Source of the DNA: Pseudovirgaria hyperparasitica
Lineage: Eukaryota
Strand: one strand, 5' to 3'
DNA: 64,000 nt
Assembly: GCA_010093815.1 (NCBI GenBank)
Contig: ML996568.1
A program made the position numbers and the translations under genes. The notes under the pieces were generated by a model. That model was not told the origin of the DNA. It did not search any database and saw only the letters and a program-made list of their open reading frames with translations. Positions 48,101 through 63,023 of the stretch are shown piece by piece. The number at the start of each line of letters is the position of its first letter. Position 1 is the first letter of the stretch.

Positions 48101-51100
48101 ATCATTCGAACACTCGTATGTAGTAGACGCCGTGCAGCTCACATCACGCGGCAACAGCATCATCAACCTGTCTTACTCTTCCATATCCAGACACAGCACG
48201 AATATAGATGGATAGGTCAATCGTGCAGATGCTCAGTTCTTGGCTTCAACATCCATTCAGCAAACCGCATCCCTCGATAGGCCCTCCTGGGTAGGTCACA
48301 GTCAGATCGGGAACCAGGCGGGCCGTCACGCTCACCGCCTACGGATACGCTCGCCATAGTCAGATCAGGACAATAATAGTCTCACTATCATGATGTTGGA
48401 GGGGGGCCAGCACTCTGTTCAAGCAGTGATGACGACTGCGATTCGATCGCGAAGCGCCTCACCCAGACGCCACTACGAGAGATCCTGCAAGAGCCTGCGA
48501 ATCAGGGCCGTGTGATTGCGGGGGACCTATCGCACACACCGATAGAACTTCGTGCGACGGTGATGATACATACATAATGATGGAAACCGAGAATATGATA
48601 GGGCTCACTCATGTGTGCGTATATGTGCGAATGGGAAGCTGAGGAGGTTTTTCCTGCCAATCTGCTGACTTCATCACGTCGACTACCTAGGTATGCAGTG
48701 TGCTATGTGTATGTATATATACACATGTGAAAACTACGCGTCATTTGCTCCCGACGCGCCTGCGATTGTGACAGCTCCTCGATATGGGTGTCAATCTCAG
48801 ACATAGCACGAGCAGGAGCTTAATGTCTGATTCATCAAACAATGCTGCGCCATTCACAACTGGTCGTGTCTGTTCTTTCTAGGAAAGGAAACCAAGCAAG
48901 GAGCTCCTATTGGCCCGCCAGCCAATAAGATCGCCTGACCGTTACCTGCGCGTATTTATCAGAACTTATATTGCCAAAAGTGTATATTTCAGACCGGCTC
49001 TTTTAGCAGCTGCTTGGCCTTTCCAGCCTTTCAACGTTCCCAGTTTGGTGCTGCAGAAGACTCCAGAAGCAACACATGATTGACAGATGTTGTGTTTGCC
49101 TTCTTCTTACGCATTCCAAATGTAGTTTTAACCAGTCCATCTTCGGCCCTCATGCTACCTCGGCTAGTCGAACCATTCTACAACGGACGGTACGCTTGAC
49201 AATCGTGTCCCAACGCCAGTCCACGTGGACAGCTCTATTGATCGGCACCTGTACAGCCCTAGACGGTCGCATATTAGGCCTCAGCTGAGGCAGCAGTAGC
49301 TAGTATTTGAAAACCCTTTTTCCCAGTACCCCGGATTAAGGCCAAGAGAAATGAAAGGTCTAGCGCCGTGTGGGGTAATAGCCGAATCGGGGGCGCGCGT
49401 GCCAATATCATGCATCTGACTGCATTTGACGCCCCCAGAATGGGCATCCCAAGGTTCATGTATGCCGAAGTTTGGTTCCCGTTAATAAGCAGGGACTTTG
49501 TCGCGTGCCTTGCAGAGACTTTTGCTGCTGCGAGAGCGAATTGTGCAAGAAACCTCGGAATCGGCATATGTCGTGAATGTATCATGAGCAGGCACGCGCA
49601 GCTGAGACAGACAGCAGCGATGAATTATCCGAGGGTGATTTCTTTGGAGGCTGTCATCACGCTCACGCCGTTGATGCTGCTTGTGACGAGCAAAACTTTG
49701 GCTCAATTGCCATGCGCTCAGCGATGGCTCAACGCCCAAGCACGGAATGGGATATATCATATGCAACAAACCAACGTTAGAAGAGTATCTCAAATCCAGC
49801 CCTGTGCATGCGTGGTGTGATGTCTCCACTTCTACCATCCGTCATGGGTTTTTTATCTCCGTCAGACGCTAGACACCCTCTCAGTCATTCGAAGTTCGGG
49901 TCACCCCATCAGCCCGTCTCGAGAACGCGATAATTAGCGCGAACGGCATATTTCACCGCAGCGGAGCTGTCCATGCTCTGTTCTGTCGTCCAGAATATCA
50001 CCATAGAACAAGAGTGGGAAGGGGATTAGAGACGCGTCGATGCAGCCCTGTGGATATCAAACGTGCATCTTCCGCGTTACAAGAAAGAAAAGAAAAAAAA
50101 CACTGGATCCTCGGGGCATCTCTCCCCTGCATCGCGCATAAACTTACACGCGTCGCGATCCATTCATTCTTTCGTTTTTCTGTTGCTGCTTCGCCACGGC
50201 TGGTCAAAACGGCGCTGCTCGATACCTCATAGTGTCAAGTGTAATGTGTGTCGTCGCGCCATGGCCTGGACTTTCACGTGTGACGGCGCGCTCGAACTCT
50301 CTCCTGAAATTATGACTCTTTGCTCTCCGTGCGTTCTGTCGCTGAATCGTTCTCTTGCCCCTCCCTCCCTTTTCCAGCCGACCGTTCTTCACACTATACC
50401 GACTGTCCGCTCATCCCCGTCACCGGCGCGATGAACGAGTCGATGCCCAAAACGTCAAACACCAGAGAGAGGCCCCCCCCTCCTGTCTCCTTAAAATGAT
50501 CTAATGTCGTGGCTAGATGGGCTTGTCTCCTTATAGAAGCGCCGGGTTGCCGATTGACTGGTCCGTGGTAAAGAGCTATTGTGCATTGGGCTGTCATGTT
50601 CCGGTTCCCCGCTGAGCTAACCGTTTTGGGAGAATCCGGATGGAAGCCCCCGTGGTGGAGTACTGAGATCTATGCTGCGGTGCTCGTGATGGAAAATGCG
50701 CACGTTGGCCTCATATCGCTGAGCTGCCGTCGCGTGTTGCCGTGGCGGTCAGCTGTCGTGAGACGGGCCTTCTGGCCAAAGTATATTCATACTTTTGCTC
50801 CCTTGATGCTGGCTCTGATACTCGGTCTTCTGTCCTTGAATAAAGAGGTCACTGGATTCATTCATTATATTGTGTAAACAGTAGTAATTACTGGCAAAGT
50901 TACGGAATATGCCCGTATGTATGTCTAGTATCTCGGTCCTCTTGTCCTCTTGTCCTCCCCCTCCTCCCCCCTTCACATCGTCCGATCGCCACCCACGCCT
51001 CATCCCAGCGGACCGGCCTAGCCTTGCGCTAAGACGCCCTGTCTAACGGTTCCTGAGACTGAAGAAGGGGGTCCCCATGCTGTGCTCTACGCTAGGTAGG

Positions 51101-54100
51101 ACGCATGCGTGTAGTGTATCTTCAAGGGCGGGCTTCTAAAATATCCTGACACAGATCGTGATGCACTCTTGCTCTATCTCATAACATCTCAACCTCAACA
51201 AAGCGGGTACTAAGACGGGCCTAGCACGTGAACAGCAGACTGCTGGACACGAACAGCGTCTCTGTGGCCGCTGATGCGACCTCGTGGCCGTTGGAAGGAT
51301 CAACTAACGCGCGGCGTACGGCGGGAAGGATGGAGAGGCTCGAGAGGATGAAACTGGGCACGGAGGAGAGAATGAATTATTGCCCAGGCATGGCATGGTG
51401 CGGGGGGCACGCTTTCAAGCTTGAGATGAACGGTAATTATCTGTAACTTGTAATTCGACGCGAGAGGCGTAATACCGCTGGAGAATCTACTCCAATGGTA
51501 TAGAGGAGGTTGGTTGGTGTTTGTGGTGAGAGGAGAGAGGCACCAGGCGTTTGTGGCTGTAGTGTGCGCCACGTTTGCTCCAGCATTCTCAGTCTGGACG
51601 AGCGAGTGTGGACTTTGACTCGAGGCTTATTTGGATTGAAGCATCCACTTCCATCATCCATGGTCGATTCTTCGTGGTCTCTGTCCGAGCTATGGATAGG
51701 CCAAGGTGCAAGGATGAGGACTCCAGATGGCTGCAAGTACAGTACCCCACGCACGTGGAGGCGCAGATGTGGATGGTCGTCGGATATCCATTCTCCAATA
51801 GGCATTACACTGTTTGTTGACCGTGGCCCAGCATTTGTTTTTGCTGATGGATCCGTTGCCTCATATCTGTGATCGAAAAAGTAACATTCTCTGCGCACAA
51901 TGACGAAACATTCACTCCGTACGCCTTCCCCGCTCTCACAGGACAGACCTCTCCGGACAGGCGTCGGTAAAGTTCACATCATCATGCGGCTCGATGACGT
52001 CGGAGGCCTCACTTTTACAACCCCGTTAAGGATGGACCTGCTTGTCCAGGACTAAGATTGGCTCTGATGATGTGCAGAACGAGCCTCCCCCGGTGAAAGT
52101 AATGCAGGAACATCGTTGGAGGGACCCCCGGCTTGATGCATCATTTACTTGATCGGACGCTTTTGCTAGCATGTTTTGTTTTGAATGTGTGAGTTACGCA
52201 GAGACTTGACGATGATGGCCGAGGTGCAGAGCCTGAGGTGGTACGTACCTACGACCTTCAACATGATGTCATCAAACATCAACAGCTCCTGCATTACATT
52301 GCATGTGCAATGGTGTACATGCAATGCGCTGCGACAACTTCATCGCGTCGAGTATGCAGCTGAGTAGCAGTAAGCAGTATGGATATGAGGGGAAGTGCGT
52401 GAAACAGGGGTTGCAATGTTGCCAGAGCACTTGACATGTCTTGTCTTACTTGGAGCGCCATTATTGGGACAACAAACACACCCTCTCCACAGGCTTACCA
52501 CTCCGTCTCTCCATCCATGTTCCATGTCATATTCTCTTCACGTTTGTCAACTCCAAGACAATATGTCTTGTCTCATGGCGTAACAATTCTTGGACTGACC
52601 ACCTATCGCCTCACCCTTCACCACCAAGCTCTCCTCCTTTTGGCCGACGTATCCCCATCAATCCTCAAGGCTCATCCCGAACCGCATGCCATCGATCCCC
52701 GCACACAAATTAATTGCAAGTTCGGCCTAATGGTCACACGATGAACACTCCTTCCAACTTCCTTAATATCAAGATGCTTTAGCATAATTCACTCACCGAG
52801 TTCAAGCCATTCACCACTGTCCTCGTATGCTATCTCCAGCCTGCAGTATTCTAGAACGCCTCGCACGTTCCTGTCAATGCCCGTGCGACGCGCGGGAAGA
52901 TGGTGTGCACCTTTCAGCTTCCTCTTTTAACACCGAAAGCCGTGATAGATTAACGTCAGGTATAGGTTAGGGAGCACCCACGGTTCACGCCATTTACGCA
53001 TGTAATCAACCTCTGTACTTATTGCTAGCGTGTCCTTGATGTCACGTACATTAAACTTTATACTCGACGCCATGACTAGCTATGATATATGCTGCAAGTC
53101 AAGTATGCTGCAAAAGGCTGACAGCACCCGCTAAGACGCTACCAATATCAAACGTCTCCACCGTATGCATGTCTATCTCTGACAGCAGGTCCTAAGAATA
53201 ATCAATCGGTCCTAGCCGCAAGGACTTGTTATCAGAACGTCCCAAGATAACTATGCAACGAAGCGTACCGCGCGCATGCGAGTGTGAGACGGCTATGCCG
53301 AGAGCGAATGTCGCTGATGCAGTACCATAGCACGGAGGGACACAATTCTGTCTCGTGCGGGGCGGTTATTGCGGCCGCGACGGTGCTATCGCAGGCGGCG
53401 CGTGAGACTTGCAGGTTTTTAAAATCGGTCCGGAATGGACCTCTTGATTGAGGTAGAACGGCGCGAGGAGCGCGGCCTTGTCGATGCGTAAGCTTTGAAC
53501 CATCTCATCTATGCCGGTATAGCCTGAACTCTCGACAACTACAGCCCCCTCCATCGGATGCGCTACCTTTGATGTGCAACAGCTGGCCAAGAGGAATGGT
53601 ATTGCTACCCTGGGTGTGCGAGTCGTCGAAGAAAGACTGCCAAGCACTTGGAACTCGCGGCAAGAAAGTCTCCGCTCCTTGCCCGTCCCGCAATCCATCT
53701 GGAAGAAACACCTGCCAAGCGTCGTCGTAAGCACCGAAAGAACCTTTCGGCTTTGCTTATCATCAACCCTGTTCGCTCCGTCGCGCTCCGGCTTCCAGGG
53801 CAAAGGAGCATCTCGTGGCTCTTGGCTGAATGATTTGACGTCCAAGTCTCACGGTACTGGTTGTTCCGGACCTGGTTAAGAAGACATGTTGTTATCTCTT
53901 GACGTGGAGAAGCTCGAAATTATACGCTGTTGCAGCGTCATATATAACGGTCTCGATGTAAATGCCCAATAAAGCTTGCTAATATCAAGCACACATGTAA
54001 CGTGAAGTCCATCGAGTATTGAACCACCGAAACTGCCAATCTTAAGACTGCCAAACGGACCTACGAGTCCCCGATACGAAAATACAACAGTGTAACGACG

Positions 54101-54516
54101 TACTCCCATGATGACCTCAGGTTCGACTGGGTACGTTCGATGTTGGCTCTCGATCCGTCGGATCATCTACTTATGACGGCGTAAGGGCTAATAATAAATA
54201 ATGTTGTGGTGTAAAGCCTTCCTCTTCAATCCTTCAGGCACACTCTTAGAAACCTATTTGGTTTGTACCCGCGGATGTACATTGTAGAGCACAACATTAT
54301 AAGGATGATTCTATGTGTAAGTAGGCTGTCGATCAAATGTTTTGTCCATTATATATACGCTAGATCTCGTCTTCCAATAGCTCGATACTCAGCAGAACAC
54401 TGTCGACTCCATTACTCCTCCTTGCCATTAAAATAATTGGATATAAACAGACAAAACACGCCATCGCAACGGCATCGCACAACTTGAACCCAAGTCCAAC
54501 CATTCCAATTTCCAAA

Positions 54517-54885
54517 ATGTACGCTATCACTCCTATCCTCCTCCTCGCCAGTCTCTTCAGCACCTCGCTGGCTGCCGACATCTACATCCAAGGCAGGCAT
54601 TTCGGCGGCGACGACCGGATCCAGATCGGCAATACCAACTGCGGGCAGGATGTCTACCACTACTCCGACATCACCTGCGATGGCAACGCCAGAATGCATC
54701 TCGGCAGCGTCGTACCCCATGACTGCAAGGCCGATGCTCCAGGCAACACATACACAAACATTGTAGCGTCGGGCAAGTGTAAGGCACACCTTGGAAACTT
54801 TTATCAGCAGGATGACGATGCGGATGATAACGAGGAGGATTATGAAGACTTTCTTGAGAGTGATGATGACACCAATGAGGACTGA
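54517..54885 (+). CDS. Small secreted protein (122 aa) with three HET-s-like amyloid repeats and an acidic tail
   Basis: CAAAATG start, TATAAA ~70 nt upstream, signal peptide MYAITPILLLASLFSTSLA, three ~21-aa repeats ending [IL]G[NS], four Cys, D/E-rich C-terminus; C/G-ending codon bias. Confidence 0.8.
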   Translation: MYAITPILLLASLFSTSLAADIYIQGRHFGGDDRIQIGNTNCGQDVYHYSDITCDGNARMHLGSVVPHDCKADAPGNTYTNIVASGKCKAHLGNFYQQDDDADDNEEDYEDFLESDDDTNED

Positions 54886-55840
54886 GTTATGGTTAAAGGT
54901 ACCGAAGATGATAAGTGGTGTTCAGGCAGTACCGGGTAGTTTGGTTCCTACGCGGTAGCAAAAACTCCTTTTTAGTCGAAAACATACTCTCTTACTCGAT
55001 CCAACGTAAAGTATCTCTGTGACTGTAACAATGGGTTTATAAAGCTCACTCGCACGTAACATTTCAGGGCTTGTTGAGAAGTACAGCACAGACAGTCCTG
55101 TGAGCATCCAATATCAATACGACGTAGTACCGAACTCGATATATGAGAACGCACTCGGGTCCCAATACCTATGTATATCTTCCACGGCTAGATTCCGGGA
55201 TCAACTCCGATTCGAATGGCTTTGAAAACCTGCAGCGTGCGAAGGCTTCTTCTGGCGTCTAGTATCCATTTGTCACCAGATCGCCAGCATCGCTCCAACT
55301 CTACCGCTGGCATATTGAATGGTCAATTCCTTGCGATGCCGTGAAATTGCGTGTGGAGTGCTGTAATATGGAGGACAGGAGGTTTTATGATCGCCTGTGC
55401 AGCGTATGACGCGTTGTGGTACGACATACTTCTAATGTCCAGTATACGAAGTCTGGTGTCACTGTAATAAGCGCCTGAATATGTACTAAGGTAAGGCATT
55501 ATTCAAGGACGACAGAGTATAGACGTTTTATTGACGACGAGTTACGTAAGTCTACGGTGATCATTCGCCTAACTCTCGTACAAAACGTTTGCGGCTGTCC
55601 AGCTCCCAGGGGATGACAATCAAAGCCCTTGTCAAAATAGGCGAGTCGATACATGTGGCACTCCACAAATTACCAAGCGCGTCGTATACTCATGTAGAGC
55701 CCCCAAAGTGGTTCTTTGTGGCTTCTTTTCGATAAACAGTTATTTGTTCATGGGACTACAAAAGCTGCATGTTGGGTCGGACCCAGAGGCAGGTTTTTTT
55801 CAAAAGCCCTGATAGAGTATTACGAGCAGTCTACAGCACA

Positions 55841-56298
55841 ATGCTCTACTCTACCCTTATTTCCCTGCTACTACTGGGTGTAAGCACTACAGAGGCCCGA
55901 CCTCCTACACTGGTGCAGCTATCACGCCGCGAACACGAGACGTGCTACTCGGAAACAGACATCTGGTGCTGTACCAAGAACAAACCTCTTAATAGCCTGA
56001 CAGACTGCTATACCGATGATGACGAGGATTGGGTAAAAAGGCGATGTAGTTCGTGGGTCGAGTGGTATCTAGTATGTTGTACGGAGGATGAAGATGAAGT
56101 GAGTTCTCCAACTATTGCGTAAAACTGCGAGAATACGAGCTGACTATGAGGTAGAATGCGACCCCTGGTGCTTTGATCTGTTCAGATGTGGATTATGATC
56201 ACGACGATGACGACGACGATGATGATGATGATGATGATGATGGCGACGATGATGACGATGATGACGACGACGACGACGATGACGATGATAAGGCTTAG
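55841..56298 (+). CDS. Secreted 8-Cys hydrophobin-pattern protein with poly-Asp tail, 2 exons (intron 56099-56154)
   Basis: Signal peptide and RR site. After splicing GTGAGT...CTGAC...TAG the Cys spacing is C-x7-CC-x11-C-x12-C-x9-CC-x14-C, ending D13-G-D15-KA*. Confidence 0.75.
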
Positions 56299-56569
56299 AA
56301 GGAGCTGCAGCAGCACTGATGTCAAGATGCAGAAAGAGTATGTATGATGTTAAGCAAACTCATCCTTACAATTTCGCTTGACTGTCTGTCCAACTCAAGA
56401 TGTATTCATTGGAAAAGCCATCAGTAGCACAAAGAAAACTCTCGTATTCTCTAACACGTCCCTTCCGATGGCGCCTTTCTCGGTTCTTATATCGCATAAT
56501 TGCCCAAATATGCATACACCAAGACTTACACACCCATTTCCCACACCATAACCTTCAAGATCTACAGCC

Positions 56570-56952
56570 ATGTACTTCGTCCCTTTTGTTGTCTTGTTGC
56601 AGATCGTCGTATGCACCTGCACCACATCCCTCCTGAACAATCGAGCCTCAAAACCAAGATGTCCTACCCACGACAGCACCTCACTGTGGTGCTGCGTGGA
56701 AGAAAGAGACAGTGATAGAACATACTACTGCTGGACACAGCCAGATCCACATGCTCTGGAGCGACTTTGCGCAACTTCGGATGCGTGGGAGTTGCAATGC
56801 TGTAGTCGACCTGATGTATGTGATCTCGAGACTACTACTGCAACAATATATACTGATAGCTATATCATCAGCCTACGGACAGCGTCCTTGACTGCTCGAG
56901 TGTATGTGATGATGACGATACCGAATATTCTAAGGATGGGGACAAAGAGTAA
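56570..56952 (+). CDS. Second secreted 8-Cys hydrophobin-pattern protein, paralog of the preceding gene, 2 exons (intron 56816-56871)
   Basis: Hydrophobic N-terminus. After splicing GTATGT...CTGAT...CAG the Cys spacing is C-x9-CC-x11-C-x12-C-x9-CC-x11-C plus one extra Cys, with tail DDDDTEYSKDGDKE*. Confidence 0.72.
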
Positions 56953-57330
56953 GAGAGAAGAGCTTTCAAGACATAATACCATCGGAGAGACAGATTATCT
57001 ACCTAGACCGCCCTGCTATCAGACTTGAAATTCATTATAATGTATAGGAAGACTCACATTATACCCACAATCTAGCTCAAAACCAAAAAGACTCTATGAG
57101 GGTCCTCAGCATACCCAGCAACAAGAGTAGTGATTGGTCGATAATACGCTACTAACCCAATCAGGAAAGCTACCCTAATCATCCAGCGTCATCGATCCAT
57201 GCCAATGTTGCGAGATAACCACCAAGCTACCCAGTCTGCCATTTTAGTGGCTGTGCAAATACCGAATTCTTCCGTTTTTACAGTCCTCTGATGGGCTATG
57301 CTTCCGTATACTGCCTTCACCTTCGACAAT

Positions 57331-59341
57331 ATGGTCGCGCTCTCGAATTTATCTCTGTGGCTAGGCCTCGGAGCGGCCGTGGAAGCGGCAGGGAAAGGAG
57401 ATACCCATATGCCTATAGTTGCGCAGAGTAGGGGTCAGACGGTAATGGTGGGGAACGATGCATATTACATTCCTGCTGCGCCGGAGGTGTGTTGTTTTCT
57501 TCGAGATGAGGGTCACTGAGTGGGTTGGACTGATGGATACGAAGTTAGTGTTTCCAGCTCCTGACGCACTCGGGGTTGACTTTGAGGACGCATATGTTCC
57601 TGTTACATTGATTCATGAGGAGCATGTACAGAATTACCAAAAGACGATTGAGCGGTTTGGGAATGAAGATGATGTGTGGACGACAGCGTTTGCGGACTTG
57701 ACGATTGTTCACTCGCCAGATTTGTGTCACCAGAACGGGTCTGCGGGGATCGATTCCTTTCTCGTTCCGCTGAATGTACAGCAACTGAGTGATCTTTCGG
57801 AAGGGCCATATTTCCTCATGGCAGGAGCAAGGAACTGGAAGATATACAAAGCGTTCCGGCTGTACAACGACCACAATTTCTCATTCTATTACGGCGTCAT
57901 AGATGAAGGAAGCGGGAAATTTAGCACCCTGCCCGCAACACACCCATTCACAGACGGTTCCGCCACCATCGCGGTACCATCTCGACTATACTATGCAGCT
58001 CCATCATCCGAGAAGCCCCTTAACGGCGTCCGCATCGGCCTGAAAGACATCTACGACCTCGCCGGTCTCAAGACGAGCATGGGCAACAAAGCCTGGTTCC
58101 ACCTGTATCCACCTGTCAACACCATCGCATACTCAGTCCAACGCCTCATCGACCTGGGCGGTATCATCGTCGGCAAAACACGCACCAGTCAGTTCGCAAA
58201 CGGCGAAGCCCCAACGATCGACTGGGTCGACTACCACGACGCCTTCAACCCTCGTGGTGATGGCTACCTGGACCCCAGCTCTTCATCCGCAGGCGCTGGA
58301 TCCGCAGAGGCATCGTACCCCTGGATTGACATGAACATCGGCTCCGACACCGGCGGCTCTGTGCGAGCGCCCGCGGGTGTCAGCGGTGTATACGGGAACC
58401 GTCCAAGCCAGGACGCACTGGATACATCAGGCGTCGTGATACTCTCGCCTGAAATGGACACACTGGCATTCGTCGCGCGTTCTGCCTCTCAGTTCGCTGC
58501 TTGGGGCAAGGCATGGTATGCCGCAAACCCGCTCTTCAAATCCTACCCTGCCCTCCCATCAACACTGCTATACCCACTCGACACACCTGATATAAACACA
58601 ACGGCCTATCCCAGCCCAGGTTTCTTTCCCTCAACTAACATCTCTGCCCCCCTATACGAAGCCTTCGTCGTCGCGCTCGAGCGCCTCCTAAACACCACCC
58701 GCACTCCAATCGACATCTACACCTCCTATAAACAGACCTCCGGCACAAACCTCTACCCGCCCGACCACGTCGGTGAGGTATGGAGCAAACTGACCACATA
58801 CGCCCAATCACGCCTCGTCTTCCCGGCCTTCTTCCGTGACTACGCCGCCGCACACGACGGCGACAGACCCCATCTTGACCCACCAGTCGCACGCAACTAT
58901 GCGTTCGGACTGAACCAGACCGACGCCGACGCTGCGCGGATCCGCGCGTCAAAGGCTGTGTTCCAGGACTGGGTGCGCACGCGTCTGCTCAAGTCTGACT
59001 TCTCGTCTGCTTCGTGCTCGGATGCTGTCTTGGTGAGTCCACTCGTGCAGGGCGTGCCGTCGAGTCGCGAGACGTATGGCGTGGAACGGCCAAGTGGCGA
59101 GGATGTTTACTTGGGATGGAACAAATACGGTATTGCGCAGTTGGCCGGGGTGCCGGAGGTAGTGATACCACTTGGGAGTGTGGATTTTGAGAGTCCGGTG
59201 ACGGGAACGGTCAAGAAAGCGCCGGTCGCGGTGAGTTTGTTAGCAGGATACGGGTGTGACTTCATGCTGTTTGATTTGGTGGAAAGGTTGGCGCAGGAAG
59301 GGGCCGTGGTGGCGGAAGTGAGGACTGGAGAAGACTTGTAA
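57331..59341 (+). CDS. Secreted amidase-signature family protein, 2 exons (intron 57487-57544)
   Basis: Signal-peptide-like N-terminus; VPSRLY, GLKDIYDLAG (Lys), NPRGDGY.DPSSSSAGAG and GSDTGGSVRAPA (Ser-cisSer-Lys triad); substrate unknown. Confidence 0.88.
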
Positions 59342-60279
59342 GCGATACGACGCTGATTACTTGGGTAATTGAAAGTGACAATGGTCAGATGTCGTTTCTG
59401 ATCTATATAGATACGCTATGTGGGTAAGAAGACGGCCGAGTGTGACGGGTTGTGAACCTCATATATATATGATATCTGAAAATAAGTGATTTCTCGGGAT
59501 TGAAAGCAGGAGGCATCACGGGGGGTAATGAGCCGGAGCAAGAAATGTGATAGAGATACCTGTCAAGTGACACTGGAGGCCCAACAGGAGCAAGTCCTCG
59601 TTTAAGGCGGGCAAATTGATAATCACGGGCAGATGTTCTCACCACATTGGGTGCTGATAATACTTACGATATTGTTAGTCGTCCTATAGTTCTGTACTGA
59701 CATCGATTTAGACATCTCTAGGTGTTCTATTACGTTCCCTGTTTTAACGAGCTTCTTCAAATCTTTACTTAGGCTACACAAAAGGCCGCAGTGACTCGAA
59801 ACGTCCTATTCTTCCGTGCTAGAGGTTCTGTTGATTTCAAAAAATTCCCGATAGGTGTACATGAGTGTTGCTGTATTCGATGAACCTCTGGTCGTATGAT
59901 TGAATTGTATCTAAGCCCAGATAGGCCCAGCACTGTGAACTGCTGTGCTAACGAGCTCACAGATACTAGTCGAGCTTTATAGAACTTTAAAGTTTTCGTG
60001 AGATGTCCGGAATCGCGATCATATAAGGATGAAGAGACATTGGAGCAGCATCAAACTTCTTAGTATAATAATTCCGACTTTGTAAAGACGTCAGTCAAAG
60101 ACGTCGTTTATGGCTTGAAGGTTCGCATTTTTCTATTCGCGTACAGTGATTCACTATCTTTGTACCTGCTCAAGGGCGCATAATCCGTGGATCTGGCCAT
60201 TATACTTAACAATTCGTTGCGAATACTTGGGATTTCATCAATCCGGTGTCAGATACTACCCAAGGTTCTATTTGTGGGC

Positions 60280-63023
<2,744 letters not shown>

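Noticed and set aside
51437..53879. 150-160 aa ORFs at 51437-51898 and 53366-53845
   Set aside because: Non-ATG starts, no family motif and no clear splice model; cannot be excluded but unsupported
31031..54516. Telomerase RNA, tRNA or snRNA genes in the gene desert
   Set aside because: By eye I found no full TAACCCTAA template, tRNA cloverleaf or snRNA signature; a covariance-model search is still needed
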